Below are positions 1-14,550 of a stretch of DNA of 64,000 bases, piece after piece; positions within the stretch are counted from its first letter, which is position 1; each line of letters starts with the position of its first letter. Made by a program: the position numbers and the translations under genes. A model generated the notes under the pieces. That model worked only from the letters and a program-made list of their open reading frames with translations. It made no database searches and had not been told where the DNA came from. This stretch comes from Eledone cirrhosa (Eukaryota), in assembly GCA_964016885.1 (NCBI GenBank), contig OZ024743.1, positions 45,322,001 to 45,386,000 on the forward strand, read 5' to 3'.

Positions 1-198
1 GTCTATCACCCAAGTAGACCAACGGAACTTTATGAGATTCTAGTCTATCACCCAAGTAGACCAACGGAACTTTATGAGATTCTAGTCTATCACCCAAGTA
101 GACCAACGGAACTTTATGAGATTCTAGTCTATCACCCAAGTAGACCAACGGAACTTTATGAGATTCTAGTCTATCACCCAAGTAGACCAACGGAACTA

Positions 199-3100
199 TA
201 TGAGATTCTAGTCTATCACCCAAGTAGACCAACAGAACTTTATGAGATCCTAGTCTATCACCCAAGTAGACCAACGGAACTTTATGAGATTCTAGTCTAT
301 CACCCAAGTAGACCAACGGAACTTTATGAGATTCTACTCTATCACCCAAGTAGACCAACGGAACTTTATGAGATCCTAGTCTATCACCCAAGTAGACCAA
401 CGGAACTTTATGAGATTCTAGTCTATGAACCCAAGTAGGCTAACGGAACTTTATGAGATTCTAGTCTATCACCCAAGTAGACCAACGGAACTTTATGAGA
501 TTCTAGTCTATCACCCAAGTAGACCAACGGAACTTTATGAGATTCTAGTCTATCACCCAAGTAGACCAACGGAACTTTATGAGATTCTAGTCTGTCACCC
601 AAGTAGGCTAACGGAACTTTATGAGATTCTAGTCTATCACCCAAGTAGACCAACGGAACTTTATGAGATTCTAGTCTATCACCCAAGTAGACCAACGGAA
701 CTTTATGAGATTCTAGTCTATCACCCAAGTAGACCAACGGAACTTTATGAGATTCTAGTCTATCACCCAAGTAGACCAACGGAACTTTATGAGATTCTAG
801 TCTATCACCCAAGTAGGCTAACGGAACTTTATGAGATTCTAGTCTATCACCCAAGTAGACCAACGGAACTTTATGAGATTCTAGTCTATCACCCAAGTAG
901 ACCAACGGAACTTTATGAGATTCTAGTCTATCACCCAAGTAGACCAACGGAACTTTATGAGATTCTAGTCTATCACCCAAGTAGACCAACGGAACTTTAT
1001 GAGATTCTAGTCTATCACCCAAGTAGGCTAACGGAACTTTATGAGATTCTAGTCTATCACCCAAGTAGACCAACGGAACTTTATGAGATTCTAGTCTATC
1101 ACCCAAGTAGACCAACGGAACTTTATGAGATTCTAGTCTATCACCCAAGTAGACCAACGGAACTTTATGAGATTCTACTCTATCACCCAAGTAGACCAAC
1201 GGAACTTTATGAGATCCTAGTCTATCACCCAAGTAGACCAACGGAACTTTATGAGATTCTAGTCTATGAACCCAAGTAGGCTAACGGAACTTTATGAGAT
1301 TCTAGTCTATCACCCAAGTAGACCAACGGAACTTTATGAGATTCTAGTCTATCACCCAAGTAGACCAACGGAACTTTATGAGATTCTAGTCTATCACCCA
1401 AGTAGACCAACGGAACTTTATGAGATTCTAGTCTATCACCCAAGTAGACCAACGGAACTTTATGAGATTCTAGTCTATCACCCAAGTAGACCAACGGAAC
1501 TTTATGAGATTCTAGTCTATCACCCAAGTAGACCAACGGAACTTTATGAGATTCTAGTCTGTCACCCAAGTAGGCTAACGGAACTTTATTTGATTCTAGT
1601 CTATCACCCAAGTAGACCAACGGAACTTTATGAGATTCTAGTCTATCACCCAAGTAGACCAACGGAACTTTATGAGATTCTAGTCTATCACCCAAGTAGG
1701 CTAACGGAACTTTATGAGATTCTAGTCTATCACCCAAGTAGACCAACGGAACTTTATGAGATTCTAGTCTATGAACCCAAGTAGGCTAACGGAACTTTAT
1801 GAGATTCTAGTCTATCACCCAAGTAGACCAACGGAACTTTATGAGATTCTAGTCTATCACCCAAGTAGGCCAACGGAACTTTATGAGATTCTAGTCTATC
1901 ACCCAAGTAGACCAACGGAACTTTATGAGATTCTAGTCTATCACCCAAGTAGACCAACGGAACTTTATGAGATTCTAGTCTATCACCCAAGTAGACCAAC
2001 GGAACTTTATGAGATTCTAGTCTATCACCCAAGTAGGCTAACGGAACTTTATGAGATTCTAGTCTATCACCCAAATAGACCAACGGAACTTTATGAGATT
2101 CTAGTCTATCACCCAAGTAGACCAACGGAACTTTATGAGATTCTAGTCTATCACCCAAGTAGGCTAACGGAACTTTATGAGATTCTAGTCTATCACCCAA
2201 GTAGACCAACGGAACTTTATGAGATTCTAGTCTATCACCCAAGTAGACCAACGGAACTTTATGAGATTCTAGTCTATCACCCAAGTAGGCTAACAGAACT
2301 TTATGAGATTCTAGTCTATCACCCAAGTAGACCAACGGAACTTTATGAGATTCTAGTCTATCACCCAAGTAGACCAACGGAACATTATGAGATTCTAGTC
2401 TATCACCCAAGTAGACCAACGGAACTTTATGAGATTCTAGTCTATCACCCAAGTAGACCAACGGAACTTTATGAGATTCTAGTCTATCACCCAAGTAGGC
2501 TAACGGAACTTTATGAGATTCTAGTCTATCACCCAAGTAGGCTAACAGAACTATATGAGATTCTAGTCTATCACCCAAGTAGACCAACGGAACTTTATGA
2601 GATTCTAGTCTATCACCCAAGTAGACCAACGGAACTTTATGAGATTCTAGTCTATCACCCAAGTAGGCTAACGGAACTTTATGAGATTCTAGTCTATCAC
2701 CCAAGTAGACCAACGGAACTTTATGAGATTCTAGTCTATCACCCAAGTAGACCAACGGAACTTTATGAGATTCTAGTCTATCACACAAGTAGGCTAACAG
2801 AACTTTATGAGATTCTAGTCTATCACCCAAGTAGACCAACAGAACTTTATGAGATTCTAGTCTATCACCCAAGTAGGCTAACGGAACTTTATGAGATTCT
2901 AGTCTATCACCCAAGTAGGCTAACGGAACTTTATGAGATTCTAGTCTATCACCCAAGTAGACCAACGGAACTTTATGAGATTCTAATCTATCACCCAAGT
3001 AGACCAACGGAACTTTATGAGATTCTAGTCTATCACCCAAGTAGACCAACGGAACTTTATGAGATTCTAGTCTATCACCCAAGTAGACCAACGGAACTTT

Positions 3101-6100
3101 ATGAGATTCTAGTCTATCACCCAAGTAGACCAACGGAACTTTATGAGATTCTAGTCTATCACCCAAGTAGACCAACGGAACTATATGAGATTCTAGTCTA
3201 TCACCCAAGTAGACCAACAGAACTTTATGAGATCCTAGTCTATCACCCAAGTAGACCAACGGCACTTTATGAGATTCTAGTCTATCACCCAAGTAGACCA
3301 ACGGAACTTTATGAGATTCTACTCTATCACCCAAGTAGACCAACGGAACTTTATGAGATCCTAGTCTATCACCCAAGTAGACCAACGGAACTTTATGAGA
3401 TTCTAGTCTATGAACCCAAGTAGGTTAACGGAACTTTATGAGATTCTAGTCTATCACCCAAGTAGACCAACGGAACTTTATGAGATTCTAGTCTATCACC
3501 CAAGTAGGCTAACGGAACTTTATGAGATTCTAGTCTATAACCCAAGTAGACCAACGGAACTTTATGAGATTCCAGTCTATGAACCCAAGTAGGCTAACGG
3601 AACTTTATGAGATTCTAGTCTATCACCCAAGTAGGCTAACGGAACTTTATGAGATTCTAGTCTATCACCCAAGTAGGCTAACGGAACTTTATGAGATTCT
3701 AGTCTATAACCCAAGTAGACCAACGGAACTTTATGAGATTCTAGTCTATGAACCCAAGTAGGCTAACGGAACTTTATGAGATTCTAGTCTATCACCCAAG
3801 TAGGCTAACGGAACTTTATGAGATTCTAGTCTATCACCCAAGTAGACCAACGGAACTTTATGAGATTCTAGTCTATGAACCCAAATAGGCTAACGGAACT
3901 TTATGAGATTCTAGTCTATCACCCAAGTAGACCAACGGAACTTTATGAGATTCTAGTCTATCACCCAAGTAGGCTAACGGAACTTTATGAGATTCTAGTC
4001 TATGAACCCAAGTAGGCTAACGGAACTTTATGAGATTCTAGTCTATCACCCAAGTAGACCAACGGAACTTTATGAGATTCTAGTCTATCACCCAAGTAGA
4101 CCAACAGAATTTATGAGATCCTAGTCTATCACCCAAGTAGACTAACGGAACTTTATGAGATTCTAGTCTATGAACCCAAGTAGGCTAACGGAACTTTATG
4201 AGATTCTAGTCTATCACCCAAGTAGACCAACGGAACTTTATGAGATTCTAGTCTATCACCCAAGTAGGCTAACGGAACTTTATGAGATTCTAGTCTATGA
4301 ACCCAAGTAGGCTAACGGAACTTTATGAGATTCTAGTCTATCACCCAAGTAGACCAACGGAACTTTATGAGATTCTAGTCTATCACCCAAGTAGGCTAAC
4401 GGAACTTTATGAGATTCTAGTCTATGAACCCAAGTAGACCAACGGAACTTTATGAGATTCTAGTCTGTCACCCAAGTAGACCAACGGAACTTTATGAGAT
4501 TCTAGTCTATCACCCAAGTAGACCAACGGAACTTTATGAGATTCTAGTCTATCACCCAAGTAGACCAACGGAACTTTATGAGATTCTAGTCTATCACCCA
4601 AGTAGGCTAACGGAACTTTATGAGATTCTACTCTATCACCCAAGTAGACCAACGGAACTTTATGAGATTCTAGTCTGTCACCCAAGAAGGCTAACGGAAC
4701 TTTATGAGATTCTAGTCTATCACCCAAGTAGACCAACGGAACTTTATGAGATTCTAGTCTGTCACCCAAGTAGACCAACGGAACTTTATGAGATTCTAGT
4801 CTATCACCCAAGTAGACCAACGGAACTTTATGAGATTCTAGTCTATCACCCAAGTAGACCAACGGAACTTTATGAGATTCTAGTCTGTCACCCAAGTAGG
4901 CTAACGGAACTTTATGAGATTCTAGTCTATCACCCAAGTAGACCAACGGAACTTTATGAGATTCTAGTCTATCACCCAAGTAGACCAACGGAACTTTATG
5001 AGATTCTAGTCTATCACCCAAGTAGACCAACGGAACTTTATGAGATTCTAGTCTATCACCCAAGTAGACCAACGGAACTTTATGAGATTCTAGTCTATCA
5101 CCCAAGTAGGCTAACGGAACTTTATGAGATTCTAGTCTATCACCCAAGTAGACCAACGGAACTTTATGAGATTCTAGTCTATGAACCCAAGTAGGCTAAC
5201 GGAACTTTATGAGATTCTAGTCTATCACCCAAGTAGACCAACGGAACTTTATGAGATTCTAGTCTATCACCCAAGTAGGCCAACGGAACTTTATGAGATT
5301 CTAGTCTATCACCCAAGTAGACCAACGGAACTTTATGAGATTCTAGTCTGTCACCCAAGAAGGCTAACGGAACTTTATGAGATTCTAGTCTATCACCCAA
5401 GTAGACCAACGGAACTTTATGAGATTCTAGTCTATCACCCAAGTAGACCAACGGAACTTTATGAGATTCTAGTCTATCACCCAAGTAGACCAACGGAACT
5501 TTATGAGATTCTAGTCTATCACCCAAGTAGGCTAACGGAACTTTATGAGATTCTAGTCTATCACCCAAGTAGACCAACGGAACTTTATGAGATTCTAGTC
5601 TATCACCCAAGTAGACCAACGGAACTTTATGAGATTCTAGTCTATCACCCAAGTAGGCTAACGGAACTTTATGAGATTCTAGTCTATCACCCAAGTAGAC
5701 CAACGGAACTTTATGAGATTCTAGTCTATCACCCAAGTAGACCAACCGAACTTTATGAGATTCTAGTCTATCACCCAAGTAGGCTAACAGAACTTTATGA
5801 GATTCTAGTCTATCACCCAAGTAGACCAACGGAACTTTATGAGATTCTAGTCTATCACCCAAGTAGACCAACGGAACATTATGAGATTCTAGTCTATCAC
5901 CCAAGTAGACCAACGGAACATTATGAGATTCTAGTCTATCACCCAAGTAGGCTAACGGAACTTTATGAGATTCTAGTCTATCACCCAAGTAGACCAACGG
6001 AACATTATGAGATTCTAGTCTATCACCCAAGTAGGCTAACAGAACTTTATGAGATTCTAGTCTATCACCCAAGTAGACCAACGGAACTTTATGAGATTCT

Positions 6101-9100
6101 AGTCTATCACCCAAGTAGGCTAACAGAACTTTATGAGATTCTAGTCTATCACCCAAGTAGACCAACGGAACATTATGAGATTCTAGTCTATCACCCAAGT
6201 AGGCTAACGGAACTTTATGAGATTCTAGTCTATCACCCAAGTAGACCAACGGAACATTATGAGATTCTAGTCTATCACCCAAGTAGACCAACGGAACTTT
6301 ATGAGATTCTAGTCTATCACCCAAGTAGACCAACGGAACTTTATGAGATTCTAGTCTATCACCCAAGTAGACCAACGGAACTTTATGAGATTCTAGTCTA
6401 TCACCCAAGTAGACCAACGGAGCTTTATGAGATTCTAGTCTATCATCCAAGTAGACCAACGGAACTTTATGAGATTCTAGTCTATCACCCAAGTAGACCA
6501 ACGGAACTTTATGAGATTCTAGTCTATCACCCAAGTAGACCAACGGAACTTTATGAGATTCTAGTCTATCACCCAAGTAGACCAACGGAACTTTATGAGA
6601 TTCTAGTCTATCACCCAAGTAGACCAACGGAACTTTATGAGATTCTAGTCTATCACCCAAGTAGGCTAACAGAACTTTATGAGATTCTAGTCTGTCACCC
6701 AAGTAGACCAACAGAACTTTATGAGATTCTAGTCTATCACCCAAGTAGACCAACGGAACTTTATGAGATTCTAGTCTATCACCCAAGTAGACCAACAGAA
6801 CTTTATGAGATTCTAGTCTATCACCCAAGTAGACCAACGGAACTTTATGAGATTCTAGTCTATCACCCAAGTAGACCAACGGAACTTTATGAGATTCTAG
6901 TCTATCACCCAAGTAGACCAACAGAACTTTATGAGATTCTAGTCTATCACCCAAGTAGACCAACGGAACTTTATGAGATTGTAGTCTATCACCCAAGTAG
7001 GCTAACAGAACTTTATGAGATTCTAGTCTATCACCCAAGTAGACCAACAGAACTTTATGAGATTCTAGTCTATCACCCAAGTAGACCAACGGAACTTTAT
7101 GAGATTCTAGTCTATCACCCAAGTAGACCAACGGAACTTTATGAGATTCTAGTCTATCACCCAAGTAGACCAACGGAGCTTTATGAGATTCTAGTCTATC
7201 ACCCAAGTAGACCAACGGAACTTTATGAGATTCTAGTCTATCACCCAAGTAGACCAACGGAACTTTATGAGATTCTAGTCTATCACCCAAGTAGACCAAC
7301 GGAACTTTATGAGATTCTAGTCTATCACCCAAGTAGACCAACGGAACTTTATGAGATTCTAGTCTATCACCCAAGTAGACCAACAGAACTTTATGAGATC
7401 CTAGTCTATCACCCAAGTAGACCAACGGAACTTTATGAGATTCTAGTCTATCACCCAAGTAGACCAACGGAACTTTATGAGATTCTACTCTATCACCCAA
7501 GTAGACCAACGGAACTTTATGAGATCCTAGTCTATCACCCAAGTAGACCAACGGAACTTTATGAGATTCTAGTCTATGAACCCAAGTAGGCTAACGGAAC
7601 TTTATGAGATTCTAGTCTATCACCCAAGTAGACCAACGGAACTTTATGAGATTCTAGTCTATCACCCAAGTAGACCAACGGAACTTTATGAGATTCTAGT
7701 CTATCACCCAAGTAGACCAACGGAACTTTATGAGATTCTAGTCTGTCACCCAAGTAGGCTAACGGAACTTTATGAGATTCTAGTCTATCACCCAAGTAGA
7801 CCAACGGAACTTTATGAGATTCTAGTCTATCACCCAAGTAGACCAACGGAACTTTATGAGATTCTAGTCTATCACCCAAGTAGACCAACGGAACTTTATG
7901 AGATTCTAGTCTATCACCCAAGTAGACCAACGGAACTTTATGAGATTCTAGTCTATCACCCAAGTAGGCTAACGGAACTTTATGAGATTCTAGTCTATCA
8001 CCCAAGTAGACCAACGGAACTTTATGAGATTCTAGTCTATCACCCAAGTAGACCAACGGAACTTTATGAGATTCTAGTCTATCACCCAAGTAGACCAACG
8101 GAACTTTATGAGATTCTAGTCTATCACCCAAGTAGACCAACGGAACTTTATGAGATTCTAGTCTATCACCCAAGTAGGCTAACGGAACTTTATGAGATTC
8201 TAGTCTATCACCCAAGTAGACCAACGGAACTTTATGAGATTCTAGTCTATCACCCAAGTAGACCAACGGAACTTTATGAGATTCTAGTCTATCACCCAAG
8301 TAGACCAACGGAACTTTATGAGATTCTACTCTATCACCCAAGTAGACCAACGGAACTTTATGAGATCCTAGTCTATCACCCAAGTAGACCAACGGAACTT
8401 TATGAGATTCTAGTCTATGAACCCAAGTAGGCTAACGGAACTTTATGAGATTCTAGTCTATCACCCAAGTAGACCAACGGAACTTTATGAGATTCTAGTC
8501 TATCACCCAAGTAGACCAACGGAACTTTATGAGATTCTAGTCTATCACCCAAGTAGACCAACGGAACTTTATGAGATTCTAGTCTATCACCCAAGTAGAC
8601 CAACGGAACTTTATGAGATTCTAGTCTATCACCCAAGTAGACCAACGGAACTTTATGAGATTCTAGTCTATCACCCAAGTAGACCAACGGAACTTTATGA
8701 GATTCTAGTCTGTCACCCAAGTAGGCTAACGGAACTTTATTTGATTCTAGTCTATCACCCAAGTAGACCAACGGAACTTTATGAGATTCTAGTCTATCAC
8801 CCAAGTAGACCAACGGAACTTTATGAGATTCTAGTCTATCACCCAAGTAGGCTAACGGAACTTTATGAGATTCTAGTCTATCACCCAAGTAGACCAACGG
8901 AACTTTATGAGATTCTAGTCTATGAACCCAAGTAGGCTAACGGAACTTTATGAGATTCTAGTCTATCACCCAAGTAGACCAACGGAACTTTATGAGATTC
9001 TAGTCTATCACCCAAGTAGGCCAACGGAACTTTATGAGATTCTAGTCTATCACCCAAGTAGACCAACGGAACTTTATGAGATTCTAGTCTATCACCCAAG

Positions 9101-12100
9101 TAGACCAACGGAACTTTATGAGATTCTAGTCTATCACCCAAGTAGACCAACGGAACTTTATGAGATTCTAGTCTATCACCCAAGTAGGCTAACGGAACTT
9201 TATGAGATTCTAGTCTATCACCCAAATAGACCAACGGAACTTTATGAGATTCTAGTCTATCACCCAAGTAGACCAACGGAACTTTATGAGATTCTAGTCT
9301 ATCACCCAAGTAGGCTAACGGAACTTTATGAGATTCTAGTCTATCACCCAAGTAGACCAACGGAACTTTATGAGATTCTAGTCTATCACCCAAGTAGACC
9401 AACGGAACTTTATGAGATTCTAGTCTATCACCCAAGTAGGCTAACAGAACTTTATGAGATTCTAGTCTATCACCCAAGTAGACCAACGGAACTTTATGAG
9501 ATTCTAGTCTATCACCCAAGTAGACCAACGGAACATTATGAGATTCTAGTCTATCACCCAAGTAGACCAACGGAACTTTATGAGATTCTAGTCTATCACC
9601 CAAGTAGACCAACGGAACTTTATGAGATTCTAGTCTATCACCCAAGTAGGCTAACGGAACTTTATGAGATTCTAGTCTATCACCCAAGTAGGCTAACAGA
9701 ACTATATGAGATTCTAGTCTATCACCCAAGTAGACCAACGGAACTTTATGAGATTCTAGTCTATCACCCAAGTAGACCAACGGAACTTTATGAGATTCTA
9801 GTCTATCACCCAAGTAGGCTAACGGAACTTTATGAGATTCTAGTCTATCACCCAAGTAGACCAACGGAACTTTATGAGATTCTAGTCTATCACCCAAGTA
9901 GACCAACGGAACTTTATGAGATTCTAGTCTATCACACAAGTAGGCTAACAGAACTTTATGAGATTCTAGTCTATCACCCAAGTAGACCAACAGAACTTTA
10001 TGAGATTCTAGTCTATCACCCAAGTAGGCTAACGGAACTTTATGAGATTCTAGTCTATCACCCAAGTAGGCTAACGGAACTTTATGAGATTCTAGTCTAT
10101 CACCCAAGTAGACCAACGGAACTTTATGAGATTCTAATCTATCACCCAAGTAGACCAACGGAACTTTATGAGATTCTAGTCTATCACCCAAGTAGACCAA
10201 CGGAACTTTATGAGATTCTAGTCTATCACCCAAGTAGACCAACGGAACTTTATGAGATTCTAGTCTATCACCCAAGTAGACCAACGGAACTTTATGAGAT
10301 TCTAGTCTATCACCCAAGTAGACCAACGGAACTATATGAGATTCTAGTCTATCACCCAAGTAGACCAACAGAACTTTATGAGATCCTAGTCTATCACCCA
10401 AGTAGACCAACGGCACTTTATGAGATTCTAGTCTATCACCCAAGTAGACCAACGGAACTTTATGAGATTCTACTCTATCACCCAAGTAGACCAACGGAAC
10501 TTTATGAGATCCTAGTCTATCACCCAAGTAGACCAACGGAACTTTATGAGATTCTAGTCTATGAACCCAAGTAGGTTAACGGAACTTTATGAGATTCTAG
10601 TCTATCACCCAAGTAGACCAACGGAACTTTATGAGATTCTAGTCTATCACCCAAGTAGGCTAACGGAACTTTATGAGATTCTAGTCTATAACCCAAGTAG
10701 ACCAACGGAACTTTATGAGATTCCAGTCTATGAACCCAAGTAGGCTAACGGAACTTTATGAGATTCTAGTCTATCACCCAAGTAGGCTAACGGAACTTTA
10801 TGAGATTCTAGTCTATCACCCAAGTAGGCTAACGGAACTTTATGAGATTCTAGTCTATAACCCAAGTAGACCAACGGAACTTTATGAGATTCTAGTCTAT
10901 GAACCCAAGTAGGCTAACGGAACTTTATGAGATTCTAGTCTATCACCCAAGTAGGCTAACGGAACTTTATGAGATTCTAGTCTATCACCCAAGTAGACCA
11001 ACGGAACTTTATGAGATTCTAGTCTATGAACCCAAATAGGCTAACGGAACTTTATGAGATTCTAGTCTATCACCCAAGTAGACCAACGGAACTTTATGAG
11101 ATTCTAGTCTATCACCCAAGTAGGCTAACGGAACTTTATGAGATTCTAGTCTATGAACCCAAGTAGGCTAACGGAACTTTATGAGATTCTAGTCTATCAC
11201 CCAAGTAGACCAACGGAACTTTATGAGATTCTAGTCTATCACCCAAGTAGACCAACAGAATTTATGAGATCCTAGTCTATCACCCAAGTAGACTAACGGA
11301 ACTTTATGAGATTCTAGTCTATGAACCCAAGTAGGCTAACGGAACTTTATGAGATTCTAGTCTATCACCCAAGTAGACCAACGGAACTTTATGAGATTCT
11401 AGTCTATCACCCAAGTAGGCTAACGGAACTTTATGAGATTCTAGTCTATGAACCCAAGTAGGCTAACGGAACTTTATGAGATTCTAGTCTATCACCCAAG
11501 TAGACCAACGGAACTTTATGAGATTCTAGTCTATCACCCAAGTAGGCTAACGGAACTTTATGAGATTCTAGTCTATGAACCCAAGTAGACCAACGGAACT
11601 TTATGAGATTCTAGTCTGTCACCCAAGTAGACCAACGGAACTTTATGAGATTCTAGTCTATCACCCAAGTAGACCAACGGAACTTTATGAGATTCTAGTC
11701 TATCACCCAAGTAGACCAACGGAACTTTATGAGATTCTAGTCTATCACCCAAGTAGGCTAACGGAACTTTATGAGATTCTACTCTATCACCCAAGTAGAC
11801 CAACGGAACTTTATGAGATTCTAGTCTGTCACCCAAGAAGGCTAACGGAACTTTATGAGATTCTAGTCTATCACCCAAGTAGACCAACGGAACTTTATGA
11901 GATTCTAGTCTGTCACCCAAGTAGACCAACGGAACTTTATGAGATTCTAGTCTATCACCCAAGTAGACCAACGGAACTTTATGAGATTCTAGTCTATCAC
12001 CCAAGTAGACCAACGGAACTTTATGAGATTCTAGTCTGTCACCCAAGTAGGCTAACGGAACTTTATGAGATTCTAGTCTATCACCCAAGTAGACCAACGG

Positions 12101-14550
12101 AACTTTATGAGATTCTAGTCTATCACCCAAGTAGACCAACGGAACTTTATGAGATTCTAGTCTATCACCCAAGTAGACCAACGGAACTTTATGAGATTCT
12201 AGTCTATCACCCAAGTAGACCAACGGAACTTTATGAGATTCTAGTCTATCACCCAAGTAGGCTAACGGAACTTTATGAGATTCTAGTCTATCACCCAAGT
12301 AGACCAACGGAACTTTATGAGATTCTAGTCTATGAACCCAAGTAGGCTAACGGAACTTTATGAGATTCTAGTCTATCACCCAAGTAGACCAACGGAACTT
12401 TATGAGATTCTAGTCTATCACCCAAGTAGGCCAACGGAACTTTATGAGATTCTAGTCTATCACCCAAGTAGACCAACGGAACTTTATGAGATTCTAGTCT
12501 GTCACCCAAGAAGGCTAACGGAACTTTATGAGATTCTAGTCTATCACCCAAGTAGACCAACGGAACTTTATGAGATTCTAGTCTATCACCCAAGTAGACC
12601 AACGGAACTTTATGAGATTCTAGTCTATCACCCAAGTAGACCAACGGAACTTTATGAGATTCTAGTCTATCACCCAAGTAGGCTAACGGAACTTTATGAG
12701 ATTCTAGTCTATCACCCAAGTAGACCAACGGAACTTTATGAGATTCTAGTCTATCACCCAAGTAGACCAACGGAACTTTATGAGATTCTAGTCTATCACC
12801 CAAGTAGGCTAACGGAACTTTATGAGATTCTAGTCTATCACCCAAGTAGACCAACGGAACTTTATGAGATTCTAGTCTATCACCCAAGTAGACCAACCGA
12901 ACTTTATGAGATTCTAGTCTATCACCCAAGTAGGCTAACAGAACTTTATGAGATTCTAGTCTATCACCCAAGTAGACCAACGGAACTTTATGAGATTCTA
13001 GTCTATCACCCAAGTAGACCAACGGAACATTATGAGATTCTAGTCTATCACCCAAGTAGACCAACGGAACATTATGAGATTCTAGTCTATCACCCAAGTA
13101 GGCTAACGGAACTTTATGAGATTCTAGTCTATCACCCAAGTAGACCAACGGAACATTATGAGATTCTAGTCTATCACCCAAGTAGGCTAACAGAACTTTA
13201 TGAGATTCTAGTCTATCACCCAAGTAGACCAACGGAACTTTATGAGATTCTAGTCTATCACCCAAGTAGGCTAACAGAACTTTATGAGATTCTAGTCTAT
13301 CACCCAAGTAGACCAACGGAACATTATGAGATTCTAGTCTATCACCCAAGTAGGCTAACGGAACTTTATGAGATTCTAGTCTATCACCCAAGTAGACCAA
13401 CGGAACATTATGAGATTCTAGTCTATCACCCAAGTAGACCAACGGAACTTTATGAGATTCTAGTCTATCACCCAAGTAGACCAACGGAACTTTATGAGAT
13501 TCTAGTCTATCACCCAAGTAGACCAACGGAACTTTATGAGATTCTAGTCTATCACCCAAGTAGACCAACGGAGCTTTATGAGATTCTAGTCTATCATCCA
13601 AGTAGACCAACGGAACTTTATGAGATTCTAGTCTATCACCCAAGTAGACCAACGGAACTTTATGAGATTCTAGTCTATCACCCAAGTAGACCAACGGAAC
13701 TTTATGAGATTCTAGTCTATCACCCAAGTAGACCAACGGAACTTTATGAGATTCTAGTCTATCACCCAAGTAGACCAACGGAACTTTATGAGATTCTAGT
13801 CTATCACCCAAGTAGGCTAACAGAACTTTATGAGATTCTAGTCTGTCACCCAAGTAGACCAACAGAACTTTATGAGATTCTAGTCTATCACCCAAGTAGA
13901 CCAACGGAACTTTATGAGATTCTAGTCTATCACCCAAGTAGACCAACAGAACTTTATGAGATTCTAGTCTATCACCCAAGTAGACCAACGGAACTTTATG
14001 AGATTCTAGTCTATCACCCAAGTAGACCAACGGAACTTTATGAGATTCTAGTCTATCACCCAAGTAGACCAACAGAACTTTATGAGATTCTAGTCTATCA
14101 CCCAAGTAGACCAACGGAACTTTATGAGATTGTAGTCTATCACCCAAGTAGGCTAACAGAACTTTATGAGATTCTAGTCTATCACCCAAGTAGACCAACA
14201 GAACTTTATGAGATTCTAGTCTATCACCCAAGTAGACCAACGGAACTTTATGAGATTCTAGTCTATCACCCAAGTAGACCAACGGAACTTTATGAGATTC
14301 TAGTCTATCACCCAAGTAGACCAACGGAGCTTTATGAGATTCTAGTCTATCACCCAAGTAGACCAACGGAACTTTATGAGATTCTAGTCTATCACCCAAG
14401 TAGACCAACGGAACTTTATGAGATTCTAGTCTATCACCCAAGTAGACCAACGGAACTTTATGAGATTCTAGTCTATCACCCAAGTAGACCAACGGAACTT
14501 TATGAGATTCTAGTCTATCACCCAAGTAGACCAACAGAACTTTATGAGAT
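199..14550. repeat. Higher-order tandem duplication, period 7151 bp (170 monomers, two copies)
   Basis: 43-bp marker monomers at 425/1266/1771/3410/4424/5181 recur at 7576/8417/8922/10561/11575/12332 (all +7151). Rare variants (tatttgatt, cggcactt, aggtta, accgaa, the 41-bp monomer near 4108) recur at the same offset. 7151 = 170x42 + 12 - 1. Confidence 0.93.
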
